From assembly GCA_024639505.1 (NCBI GenBank), contig JAHEIE010000018.1, positions 2,777 through 66,776 of the forward strand: a DNA stretch of 64,000 nucleotides. The letters run 5' to 3'. The position numbers were made by a program, and so were the translations under genes. Positions 49,848 to 60,340 of this stretch are shown here, in pieces (within the stretch, counting starts at the first letter, position 1; each line of letters starts with the position of its first letter). The notes beneath the pieces are model-generated. The model was not told the origin of the DNA and ran no database searches. It was given only the letters and a program-made list of their open reading frames with translations. This stretch comes from Crocinitomicaceae bacterium. Its GTDB lineage: Bacteria; Bacteroidota; Bacteroidia; Flavobacteriales_D; CAJJDF01.

Positions 49848-50552
49848 ATGTCCACATTCCATTTCAAACAATTCTCTGTACAGAACGAGAAAAGTGCTAT
49901 GAAAGTAAATACCGATTCGGTGTTACTTGGAGCTTGGGCAGAAATTTCTGAAGACACAAAAACTGGATTGGACATTGGTTCTGGAACCGGAATATTGGCC
50001 TTAATGATTGCTCAAAGAAACCCAAATATTGAGTTGATTGGAATTGAAATAGAGAAAAATGCTTTCGAAGAGTCTAAATTCAATTTTGAAAACTCTCCTT
50101 ATTATCACAGACTTAAAGCCGTAAATTTACCTTTGCAAAAGTTTGCTCCAGACAATAAATTGGACTTAATTATTTCCAATCCACCCTATTTTGAGAATGA
50201 CTTGAAAAATGAGGAGAAAAACAAAAAAACAGCTCGTCATACAGATTCTCTTTCATTTAAAGAATTAATAAATTTTGTAGAAAACAACCTTTCACAAAAA
50301 GGAAAATTCAGTTTAATCCTTCCCTTTACCGAGAGTGATATTTTTAAAAGATTCACAAAAAACTCATCTTTATTTTTGAATAAAATAGCATTAATAAAAC
50401 CGAATGAAAACAAAAAAGTGAATCGAGTAATGATGTGTTTTGGTAAAGAAAAATCGATATTAAAAGAAGAAGAATTCTGTGTTTACCAGTCGCAAGGAAT
50501 TTATTCGAAAGAGCACCACGAACTCACCAAAGAATTTTATTTAGATAAATAA
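49848..50552 (+). CDS. tRNA1(Val) (adenine37-N6)-methyltransferase-like SAM-dependent methyltransferase
   Basis: FKQFSV...DIGSGTGILALMIAQR...ISNPPYF (NPPY motif). Confidence 0.8.
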   Translation: MSTFHFKQFSVQNEKSAMKVNTDSVLLGAWAEISEDTKTGLDIGSGTGILALMIAQRNPNIELIGIEIEKNAFEESKFNFENSPYYHRLKAVNLPLQKFAPDNKLDLIISNPPYFENDLKNEEKNKKTARHTDSLSFKELINFVENNLSQKGKFSLILPFTESDIFKRFTKNSSLFLNKIALIKPNENKKVNRVMMCFGKEKSILKEEEFCVYQSQGIYSKEHHELTKEFYLDK

Positions 50553-50597
50553 CAATTGTATTCGATTGGTAGATTATTTCCCTACATTTACTTCATA

Positions 50598-50669
50598 ATT
50601 CTGTGACAGAATGACACTACAACAGAAATTTTTTCAGAAAGAAAATGTAGATTTTTGTCATTCGAGCGG
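50598..50669. repeat. Two further GTCATTC-box copies (one hairpin, one truncated) upstream of groES
   Basis: The reverse complement of 50598-616 is TGTCATTCTGTCACAGAAT. TGTCATTCGAGCGG at 50656-69 has no matching right arm. Confidence 0.45.
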
Positions 50670-50670
50670 T

Positions 50671-50686
50671 TGGCACAAAAAGTGCT
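50671..50686 (+). promoter_or_regulatory. Sigma-54-like -24/-12 element upstream of groES (tentative)
   Basis: TGGCAC-AAAAA-GTGCT versus consensus TGGCAC-N5-TTGCW. GG and GC have the correct spacing. It lies ~50 nt before the groES ATG. Confidence 0.3.
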
Positions 50687-50737
50687 TATCGGTTATCAGT
50701 ATTTTTAATTAAGTATTAACCTAAAAAATTTAAAATT

Positions 50738-51016
50738 ATGTCAGTAAACATCAAACCTCTATCGGATAGAGTTGTGATAGAACCAGTTCCGGTAGAAGAA
50801 AAAACAGCTTCTGGAATTATTATACCAGATGCATCAAAAGAAAAACCATTGAAAGGAAAAGTTGTAGCGGCTGGACCAGGAAAAGTGGACGAGCCAATGA
50901 CTGTAAAGTCAGGAGATACTGTTTTGTACGGTCAATATTCAGGCACTGAAGTAAAATTAGACGGAACAACTTACCTCATCATGAGAGAAGCCGATATCTT
51001 TGGAATTTTAAACTAA
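50738..51016 (+). CDS. groES: Co-chaperonin GroES
   Basis: 92 aa, [12 protein letters not shown]... Confidence 0.97.
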   Translation: MSVNIKPLSDRVVIEPVPVEEKTASGIIIPDASKEKPLKGKVVAAGPGKVDEPMTVKSGDTVLYGQYSGTEVKLDGTTYLIMREADIFGILN

Positions 51017-51035
51017 TCATTAAAAAAAATTATAA

Positions 51036-52676
<1,641 letters not shown>

Positions 52677-52757
52677 ATTTCGATACAATTTTTTCTTGAA
52701 AAAAGAAAAAACCACTTAATCAGACAGATTAGATTCTGTTCATTGATAAACAAATTA

Positions 52758-52789
52758 AAACCCGAATTTCAGAAATGAGATTCGGGTTT
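52758..52789 (+). terminator. groEL terminator
   Basis: Stem AAACCCGAAT/ATTCGGGTTT followed by a T-run. Confidence 0.85.
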
Positions 52790-52864
52790 TTTATTAAAAA
52801 TAAAATGAATCTTCAACTATTTTTGTGCTAATTTATTATATTTATGCTTAATTAGTATAGTTTT

Positions 52865-53278
52865 ATGAATTCTTGTCCAAATTGCTCCTCAGAATCTTAC
52901 ATCAAAAGCGGAATAGTAAATAATCGTCAGCGCTTTAAATGCAAAGAATGTAGCTATTATTTTAGCGTAAACAAACTAGGGAAGCAAATTGACGACTATT
53001 ATGTCAACAAAGCTCTTCAACTCTACCTTGAAGGCTTAACATACCGAGAAATTGAACGAATTTTAGGGATTTCACACGTCACAGTTCTCAATTGGGTAAA
53101 AAAATACAACATTAAGCGCCCATCCAATACAAATTACCATCCAACCTACAAAATTCTAAACGCTAATGAACTAGCTATTTATTTTCAAAAAAAAGAAAAT
53201 TTATCGGGGGCAGGAGTTGTTGTTACTGAACTTGGAGATAAATTTATGCTCATTAAATGGGAACGATTTAGAGAATAA
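52865..53278 (+). CDS. Orphan IS1-InsA-like zinc-ribbon plus HTH protein (no transposase partner)
   Basis: CPNCSS...CKECSYYF zinc ribbon, then HTH LTYREIERILGISHVTVLNWVKKY. No catalytic ORF or terminal repeats seen nearby. Confidence 0.6.
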   Translation: MNSCPNCSSESYIKSGIVNNRQRFKCKECSYYFSVNKLGKQIDDYYVNKALQLYLEGLTYREIERILGISHVTVLNWVKKYNIKRPSNTNYHPTYKILNANELAIYFQKKENLSGAGVVVTELGDKFMLIKWERFRE

Positions 53279-53318
53279 ATATAGTTAATTAACAAAAAAC
53301 TATAGTTGTTTTTATTTC

Positions 53319-53389
53319 AAGACATTTTGTTAATAGTTTAGTTCTGCACACAAGACCTAATTTATTAACCATAAAAACAAAAATGTCTT
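53319..53389. promoter_or_regulatory. 10-bp perfect inverted repeat AAGACATTTT-N51-AAAATGTCTT abutting the porin start codon
   Basis: Arms at 53319-28 and 53380-89. The right arm ends 1 nt before ATG 53390. Confidence 0.45.
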
Positions 53390-54613
53390 ATGAAAAAACT
53401 ATTACTTCTAATGAGTTGCGGAGTGTTTCTCTCTTCTCATTTTTCTTATTCACAAGGATCTCCAGACTATGAAGGAGGTTACAAAATTAAATTTGATGAA
53501 TCGGGTAAAAAATACCTTCGATTCATTTCATGGGCACAAGTTCAAGCAAATTACGATGAATTTGTTGCTCCCAATCAAAGTCAGCTAAGCTTCAATCTTA
53601 GGAGAGCGCGTGTACTTATGTACTCACAAATTACTGATAAATTCTTGATTTTATCCCATTTTGGACTGAACAGTCTGAATGCAAACAACATGAGTCCAAT
53701 AGGAACTGGCGATAGATCTCAGCTTTTCTTCCACGATTTTTGGGGACAATATAACATTGCAAAAAACCACACCGTTGGAGCTGGATTACATTATTTCAAT
53801 GGAATATCAAGATTAAATAACCAAAGTACATTGAATATGTTGACGCTAGACAATAATCGTCAATCTTGGAGTACAATTGGTTTGTCTGATCAATTTGCTC
53901 GTCATTTAGGAATTTTCGGAAAAGGAAAATTTGGTAAATTACAATACCGTGTTGCTATCAATGATGCAATGACTAATTCATTAGACACCAGAACTCCGGA
54001 CACTTCTGGAACCGCTGTTTATGGCGGAAAAAGACTGCTTGGTTCAGCTACAGCAGGATTTGCCTATGCTGGATACTTCGAGTACAATTTCTTGGATCAA
54101 GAATCAAACTTTTTGCCTTACAAAGTAGGAAGCTACCTTGGAGCTAAACGAATTTTTAATGTTGGAGCAGGTTTTCATCTTCACCCAAATGGTTCTGCAG
54201 CATCAGATTCTGCAGGAAATGTAAGTGGAGAAAATGTCGCACTATTTGCTGTGGATGCTTTTTATGAAGCTCCAGTTGGGAACAAAAATGCAGCCATCAC
54301 AGCCTACGGAACTGTCCAATTTAATGATTACGGGACAGATTATTTGTTCAGCGCTTACGGAACCGGAACTATGATTTACGGTCATGTTGGGTATCTATTA
54401 CCGGGAGACAAATCGAAAACAAGATTTCAGCCCTACGTATCTTACGGAAATCATTCGTATGATGCGTCTTCTGAGAACAGAACAACAATGGGATTTGGAA
54501 TAAATGCTTACTTGAGCGGTCACAATTCTAAACTTACATTGGAATATCAAAAACAAGAATTTGGAGCATCTCAATCGGGAACAGTAAGGCTTCAGGCAAT
54601 GATTTATTTATAA
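53390..54613 (+). CDS. Outer-membrane porin of the short-chain fatty acid uptake locus
   Basis: Signal peptide, 407-aa beta-rich sequence ending ...VRLQAMIYL. Confidence 0.65.
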   Translation: MKKLLLLMSCGVFLSSHFSYSQGSPDYEGGYKIKFDESGKKYLRFISWAQVQANYDEFVAPNQSQLSFNLRRARVLMYSQITDKFLILSHFGLNSLNANNMSPIGTGDRSQLFFHDFWGQYNIAKNHTVGAGLHYFNGISRLNNQSTLNMLTLDNNRQSWSTIGLSDQFARHLGIFGKGKFGKLQYRVAINDAMTNSLDTRTPDTSGTAVYGGKRLLGSATAGFAYAGYFEYNFLDQESNFLPYKVGSYLGAKRIFNVGAGFHLHPNGSAASDSAGNVSGENVALFAVDAFYEAPVGNKNAAITAYGTVQFNDYGTDYLFSAYGTGTMIYGHVGYLLPGDKSKTRFQPYVSYGNHSYDASSENRTTMGFGINAYLSGHNSKLTLEYQKQEFGASQSGTVRLQAMIYL

Positions 54614-54625
54614 AAACAAACCAAA

Positions 54626-54889
54626 ATGGACGATAAAAAACAACAACACGCCAAAGCCTATTGGAAAGAAAACTTAAGGTATCTTATCATTCTTTTAGCA
54701 GTATGGTTTTCTGTTTCCTTCTTGGCAGGGATAATTTTTAAAGATGCCCTTGATAGCATCAGATTGGGAGGATTCAAACTAGGTTTCTGGTTCGCACAGC
54801 AAGGTTCAATTTACGTATTTGTAATCCTAATATTTGTTTATGTAAGGCTTATGAATGGACTGGACAAGAAATACGGATTTGACGACTAA
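54626..54889 (+). CDS. DUF4212 small membrane subunit associated with VC_2705-type solute symporters
   Basis: 87 aa, two TM, YWKENLRYLIILLAVWFSVSF...GFKLGFWFAQQGS pattern. Immediately upstream of the symporter. Confidence 0.8.
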   Translation: MDDKKQQHAKAYWKENLRYLIILLAVWFSVSFLAGIIFKDALDSIRLGGFKLGFWFAQQGSIYVFVILIFVYVRLMNGLDKKYGFDD

Positions 54890-54924
54890 AAAACTATTAA
54901 TTAACTATTTAAAACTATAATATT

Positions 54925-56721
54925 ATGAGCGTAGAAGTATGGACGTGGATAATGGTAGGAGCAACATTTGCCCTTTATTTCGGAATCTCGATTTGGGCAA
55001 GAGCAGGATCTACCAAAGAATTTTATATCGCAGGTGGTGGAGTTTCACCACTTGCAAATGGAATGGCAACAGCAGCCGATTGGATGAGTGCCGCCTCGTT
55101 TATCTCAATGGCAGGATTAATTTCCTTTATGGGATATGACGGATCTGTTTTCCTAATGGGATGGACTGGTGGATATGTGCTTTTGGCCTTACTACTTGCC
55201 CCCTATCTTAGGAAATTTGGGAAATTTACAGTTCCCGATTTTATTGGAGACAGATATTATTCCAACACAGCAAGAACCGTAGCAGTAATTTGTGCACTTA
55301 TTGTTTCATTTACTTATGTAGCAGGACAAATGAGAGGAGTAGGTATTGTATTCTCTCAATTCTTGCAAGTAGATGTATCCATTGGAGTAATCATTGGAAT
55401 GTCAGTAGTTTTGGTGTTCGCCTTTTTGGGAGGAATGAAAGGAATTACCTACACTCAAGTGGCTCAATATTGCGTATTGATTTTCGCATTTATGGTGCCT
55501 GCAATCTTTATTTCTTGGCAAATGACTGGGAATCCAATCCCTCAATTAGGAATGGGAGGAGAAGTTTCTGACGGGACTTATTTACTAGATAAATTAGATA
55601 CTCTGCACACGGAATTAGGGTTTAAAGAATACACTTCGGGTAGCAAATCTACTTGGGATGTATTTGCTATCACTATGGCTTTGATGGCCGGAACTGCTGG
55701 TTTGCCTCACGTAATTGTAAGATTCTTTACAGTTGAAAAGGTAAAAGATGCTCGTAAATCTGCTGGATTGGCATTGTTGTTAATTGCAATTCTGTACACT
55801 GCTGCACCTGCAGTTTCTGTATTTGCAAGAACAAACTTAATCGAAACTGTAAGCGAAACAAGCTACGAAGAAATTCCACCTTGGTTCAAAAACTGGGAGA
55901 ACACTGGACTAATTGCTTGGAGTGATAAAAATGGTGATGGAAAAATACAGTATGTTGCTGGAAATTCATTAGATGGAAAAAAACCAATTTTTGAATATGA
56001 GGCGAATGGAGAGTCCAAAAGAGGTGTTTTTCAAGAAAGAATTATCTCAAATCCGAATCCTGAAGAAGTAAACGAATTGTACGTGGATAGAGACATTATG
56101 GTATTGGCAAATCCAGAAATCGCCAACTTGCCAAACTGGGTAATTGCTCTAGTTGCAGCAGGTGGATTGGCAGCAGCCCTTTCAACCGCAGCAGGATTGT
56201 TACTGGTAATTTCTACGTCTATTTCTCATGATTTAATCAAGAAACAAATCAAACCAGACATCTCTGACAAAGGAGAATTACTGGCAGCAAGAGTTGCGAT
56301 TGTATTTGCAATAATTGTAGCAGGTCTCTTTGGGATTTATCCTCCAGGATTTGTGGCCGCAGTAGTTGCGCTCGCCTTTGGACTAGGAGCCGCCTCGTTT
56401 TTCCCAGCTATTGTGCTCGGAATATTCGACAAGCGAATGAACAAAGAAGGTGCAATTGCCGGAATGGTAGTCGGGATTTCAATTATGTTGTTCTACATGA
56501 TTCGTTACAAAACGGGACTTGTGGGAGTCATGGAACCATTGCCACAATCTGATTGGTGGTTTGGAACTTCCCCAGAAGGATTTGGAACTATCGCAATGAT
56601 TATAAATATTGTAGTATCTGTAGTGGTGTCAAGATTAACTCCTGCCCCACCTCAAGATGTACAAGAAATTGTAGAAAGCATAAGAATTCCTAGTGGAGCT
56701 GGAGAAGCACAAAGCCACTAA
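54925..56721 (+). CDS. Sodium:solute symporter, VC_2705 subfamily (acetate/monocarboxylate permease-like)
   Basis: 598-aa SSS-family sequence, paired with DUF4212, with an insertion between TM helices as in this subfamily. Confidence 0.9.
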   Translation: MSVEVWTWIMVGATFALYFGISIWARAGSTKEFYIAGGGVSPLANGMATAADWMSAASFISMAGLISFMGYDGSVFLMGWTGGYVLLALLLAPYLRKFGKFTVPDFIGDRYYSNTARTVAVICALIVSFTYVAGQMRGVGIVFSQFLQVDVSIGVIIGMSVVLVFAFLGGMKGITYTQVAQYCVLIFAFMVPAIFISWQMTGNPIPQLGMGGEVSDGTYLLDKLDTLHTELGFKEYTSGSKSTWDVFAITMALMAGTAGLPHVIVRFFTVEKVKDARKSAGLALLLIAILYTAAPAVSVFARTNLIETVSETSYEEIPPWFKNWENTGLIAWSDKNGDGKIQYVAGNSLDGKKPIFEYEANGESKRGVFQERIISNPNPEEVNELYVDRDIMVLANPEIANLPNWVIALVAAGGLAAALSTAAGLLLVISTSISHDLIKKQIKPDISDKGELLAARVAIVFAIIVAGLFGIYPPGFVAAVVALAFGLGAASFFPAIVLGIFDKRMNKEGAIAGMVVGISIMLFYMIRYKTGLVGVMEPLPQSDWWFGTSPEGFGTIAMIINIVVSVVVSRLTPAPPQDVQEIVESIRIPSGAGEAQSH

Positions 56722-56742
56722 ACAGAACCTAAAGTAAAAAGT

Positions 56743-56772
56743 AACAGCATTGAGAAAATTCTCAATGCTGTT
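56743..56772 (+). terminator. Terminator (or attenuator) after the symporter gene
   Basis: Stem AACAGCATTGAG/CTCAATGCTGTT followed by T6. Confidence 0.8.
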
Positions 56773-56803
56773 TTTTGGTTTAAAACACCTATATTTATTC
56801 CTT

Positions 56804-56998
56804 ATGAAAAAAAGACACGAACAAAAATTAATAGTTTTAGCAATTGTACTAGTTGCAACTTTTAATATTCCTTTGATTCTGCTTTTTGATTCCCAACAAT
56901 CTATCTGGGGCTTTCCGGCAGTCTATTTTTATGTGTTTTCTATATGGCTATCCTCTATACTTATTTCATATTTTATTTTAAAAAGACATTATGAGTAG
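56804..56998 (+). CDS. 64-aa two-TM micro-protein overlapping the kinase start
   Basis: ATG at 56804 lies after the terminator at 56743-56776. Its stop TAG (56996-98) overlaps the kinase ATG (56991) in ATGAGTAG. Confidence 0.5.
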   Translation: MKKRHEQKLIVLAIVLVATFNIPLILLFDSQQSIWGFPAVYFYVFSIWLSSILISYFILKRHYE

Positions 56999-59681
56999 TC
57001 TTTCGTTATTTGTTATCATTATTCTTTATCTGGGAATTCTATTTTTTTTAGCTTTCATTGCCGAAAAAAGAGCTACCAGTAAATGGGTAAACAACCCTTA
57101 TATTTATACCCTTTCGTTAGCTGTATATTGTTCTGCCTGGACTTATTACGGTAGTGTGGGTGTAGCTGCTACCACTGGTATAAGCTTTTTAGCTATCTAC
57201 CTAGGCCCTGTAATTGCAGCTCCTTTTTGGATTCTTATTCTCCGAAAAATAATTCGTATTTCCAAACAGCACAAAATATCTTCAATTGCTGATTTTATCT
57301 CCTTGAGGTACGGAAACAATAGATTACTTGGTGCCCTCATAACAATTGTTTGCGTACTGGGAACTGTACCCTACATCGCACTGCAACTCAAAGCGATTTC
57401 TGAAACTTTTGAAATAATGACACTCAGCGTTTCTATTGAAAAAACGAAGGTTTTCAGTGATTACACCATTTATATAGCTTTATTGATTGCGGTTTTTGCT
57501 ACGTTTTTTGGTACTCAAAAAACTGATGCTTCGGAAAAGCACAAAGGAATTGTTGCCTCCGTTGCCTTCGAATCTATCATAAAACTCTTATTCTTTTTAA
57601 TTGTTGGTATTTATGTCACCTTCTTTTTGTTTGGAGGCACCGAAGATATCTACAACCAAATTTCTAGTTCAGCCAATTTCACGGAAATTACAACCATGAA
57701 TGGATTTGAAAACGGATTCAACTGGTTTTTTACTATTTTACTTTCCTTTTTTGCAATTTTCCTACTCCCAAGGCAATTTCAGGTTTCGGTAGTAGAAAAC
57801 AACAGAGAAAAACATCTCAAAAAAGCCATTTGGTTGTTTCCTCTCTACCTACTTCTGTTCAATCTATTTGTTGTTTTCATTGCATGGGGAGGTTTGATTA
57901 CCTTCGGAAACTCGAATAATTCGGAGTATTTCACTTTATTACTACCACTTCAACATGGCAATTACTTTTTAGCAAGTTTGGTTTTTATTGGTGGTTTTTC
58001 TGCCGTAATTTCTATGGTGGTTGTTTCTACTCTCGCCCTGTCTACAATGGTCAGTAACAACCTAATTATTCCTTACGGGTTTTTGGACAAATTCAGTAGA
58101 AATCAGAACGATAAAAACGCACGTTATATCAAGGGAATTAGGCGTGTATCAATTTTTGTAATCATCATTGCTTCGTATTATTTCTATTTCTACTTTTCAG
58201 TTCCGCTATCACTTTATTCTATTGGATTGGTTTCCTTCGTTATAATTAGCCAGCTCGCACCCTCATTTTTCTTAGGTTTATTTTGGAATAGAGGATCATC
58301 AAAAGGAGCAATTTTTGGACTTATTGTCGGTTTTCTAGTGACCTTGTACACCCTAGTAATTCCAGTGAGCATTTCTGCTTTCACCAATTCAGATTACTTT
58401 GTAAACCAAGGACTTTTTGGTATTAATTTTCTTAAACCTTACTCGCTTTTTGGGTTAGATTTTTTATCCCCACACGCTCACGCTACTTTTTGGAGTTTGT
58501 TTTTTAATGGAATCACACTTGCTGTCATTTCTTTATCAGGAAAGGGAAATTACAGGGAAAGAAACTATGCCGAAATGTTTATTGACACCCGAAATTACTC
58601 CAAGTTGGGAGATAGCGCCCTAGTTTGGAAAGGAGAAGCTTATGTTGCCGATATAAAAAATGTTTTGACAAAATTCTTAGGATTAGCAAGAACAGAAAGA
58701 GCTCTTAGCTTATTTTTTAGAAAATATGATTTGCCGCCAGATACACAAATGGCCGATGCCAGATTAATCAATTTTTCGGAAAAACTGCTGACAGGTAGCA
58801 TCGGAAGCGCCTCTTCCAAAATATTGATTGCCAATGTGGTAAAGGAAGAAGAAATAAGCTTAGTTGAAGTACTACAAATCCTTGATGAATCCAAGGAAGC
58901 GCTGGCAAGTAACAAAGCTCTGAATGAAAAAACAAACGAATTGACTCAACTCACATCCGAGCTGCAATCTGCCAATCAGGAGTTGATTTTTCAATACAAA
59001 CAAAAAGATGAGTTTCTTGACACAGTAGCGCACGAACTAAAAACTCCACTAACAAGCATAAAGGCTTCTGCAGAAATTCTTCAGGATGATTTTGATGAAA
59101 TGCCAGCCGAACTTAGAAATAAATTTATGGGAAATATCGAACAAGAAGTTGATCGATTATCTCGTTTGGTAAATCATATCCTGGATATCGAAAAACTAGA
59201 ACACAACAGAGCCAAATTAATTTTGAAGCCAACCAATATGCTAGACACCATAGAAAAAGTGACTAGAAACTTGAGTCAATTAGCCAAAGAAAAAAATATA
59301 CTATTTGAAATAGAAGATGTTAGCAGTGTTATTGCGTTGTATGACGAGGACAGAATTATTCAGGTATTAACTAATTTGGTTTCAAATTCAATTAAGTTTT
59401 CCGACAAACCAAAAGGTAAAATATCGTTTAGCTTTTCGCAAAAAGAAGACTTTTTAGAGGTTTATATTGAAGACAATAGCAAAGGAATTCCTGAAAATGA
59501 CAAAAATCATGTTTTTGATAAATTTTATCAAAGTGAAAACCAAAACACACTAAAACCTAGTGGAAGTGGACTGGGACTGGCTATCTCTAAACAAATAGTG
59601 CAAAAGCATGGTGGAGAAATCTGGTTGGAAAAAACAAACAATGAAGGTTCTATTTTTGTATTTTCGTTGCCTTTTAACTAA
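56991..59681 (+). CDS. Sensor histidine kinase with N-terminal sodium:solute-symporter-like domain (CrbS/CbrA architecture)
   Basis: ~520-aa multi-TM SSS-like N-terminus, coiled coil, H-box VAHELKTPLTSI, HATPase N/G boxes (NLVSNSIKF, GSGLGLAISK). Confidence 0.9.
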   Translation: MSSLSLFVIIILYLGILFFLAFIAEKRATSKWVNNPYIYTLSLAVYCSAWTYYGSVGVAATTGISFLAIYLGPVIAAPFWILILRKIIRISKQHKISSIADFISLRYGNNRLLGALITIVCVLGTVPYIALQLKAISETFEIMTLSVSIEKTKVFSDYTIYIALLIAVFATFFGTQKTDASEKHKGIVASVAFESIIKLLFFLIVGIYVTFFLFGGTEDIYNQISSSANFTEITTMNGFENGFNWFFTILLSFFAIFLLPRQFQVSVVENNREKHLKKAIWLFPLYLLLFNLFVVFIAWGGLITFGNSNNSEYFTLLLPLQHGNYFLASLVFIGGFSAVISMVVVSTLALSTMVSNNLIIPYGFLDKFSRNQNDKNARYIKGIRRVSIFVIIIASYYFYFYFSVPLSLYSIGLVSFVIISQLAPSFFLGLFWNRGSSKGAIFGLIVGFLVTLYTLVIPVSISAFTNSDYFVNQGLFGINFLKPYSLFGLDFLSPHAHATFWSLFFNGITLAVISLSGKGNYRERNYAEMFIDTRNYSKLGDSALVWKGEAYVADIKNVLTKFLGLARTERALSLFFRKYDLPPDTQMADARLINFSEKLLTGSIGSASSKILIANVVKEEEISLVEVLQILDESKEALASNKALNEKTNELTQLTSELQSANQELIFQYKQKDEFLDTVAHELKTPLTSIKASAEILQDDFDEMPAELRNKFMGNIEQEVDRLSRLVNHILDIEKLEHNRAKLILKPTNMLDTIEKVTRNLSQLAKEKNILFEIEDVSSVIALYDEDRIIQVLTNLVSNSIKFSDKPKGKISFSFSQKEDFLEVYIEDNSKGIPENDKNHVFDKFYQSENQNTLKPSGSGLGLAISKQIVQKHGGEIWLEKTNNEGSIFVFSLPFN

Positions 59682-59699
59682 CTTGTGAAGGATAAAGTG

Positions 59700-60062
59700 A
59701 TGAAGAAAATTTTAATTGTAGATGACGAGCCAAATATAGTAATGTCACTTGAGTACACCTTTAAGAAAAAAGGGTTTCAAGTATTCATTGCAAGAGACGG
59801 AAGCGAAGCTCTGGAACTCTTAGAAAACAACATTCCTGACATAATTGTCCTGGATGTAATGATGCCCAAAGTAGATGGTTATCAGACAATTAAAAAAATA
59901 AAAGAGAATGAAAAACTGAAAGAAACAAAAGTTATTTTTCTTTCTGCAAAAAACAAAACTTCTGATGTAGAGAAAGGGCTGCAATTAGGAGCTGATAAAT
60001 ATTTATTAAAACCCTTTTCTGTAAAAAAACTAGTTTCAGAAGTAGATGAACTATTAGGTTAA
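59700..60062 (+). CDS. Single-domain (receiver-only, CheY-like) response regulator
   Basis: MKKILIVDDEPNI...DIIVLDVMMP...KPF. No output domain. The track start at 59685 is a GTG; I prefer the ATG at 59700. Confidence 0.9.
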   Translation: MKKILIVDDEPNIVMSLEYTFKKKGFQVFIARDGSEALELLENNIPDIIVLDVMMPKVDGYQTIKKIKENEKLKETKVIFLSAKNKTSDVEKGLQLGADKYLLKPFSVKKLVSEVDELLG

Positions 60063-60109
60063 GAATTAGGACTTGTGTGCAAACAAACCTTATTTTAATT
60101 TAATAAACC

Positions 60110-60340
60110 ATGAAAACGAAATTATCCTTCAGTCCGCTTGCATCTGATATTATTATCAGTGTTTATATTCTTATTACCCTTATTTATCGGTTCCAATTAG
60201 AGAACACCGCTAACATCAGTACATTAAACTCTGTCTTTTTGGGACTCAGTTTTATCATGATAATTTGGGTGTTAATTAAGCTAAAAGTGCTTAATCCAAA
60301 TTGGTTTGGCTTGATTCAATCTAAAAATATTTCGAAATGA
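60110..60340 (+). CDS. 76-aa two-TM micro-protein overlapping the acyl-CoA synthetase start
   Basis: ATGA overlap with the next gene (60337-60340). Two hydrophobic helices. Confidence 0.45.
   Translation: MKTKLSFSPLASDIIISVYILITLIYRFQLENTANISTLNSVFLGLSFIMIIWVLIKLKVLNPNWFGLIQSKNISK

Noticed and set aside
50553-50737. CIRCE heat-shock operator upstream of groES
   Set aside because: No TTAGCACTC-N9-GAGTGCTAA-like repeat is present. The only palindromic piece (GCAC-N5-GTGC) fits a sigma-54 element better and is too short for CIRCE.
52865-53278. Intact IS1-family insertion sequence
   Set aside because: Only an InsA-like zinc-ribbon/HTH ORF is present. No transposase ORF, frameshift site or terminal inverted repeats were found, so it is reported as an orphan gene instead.
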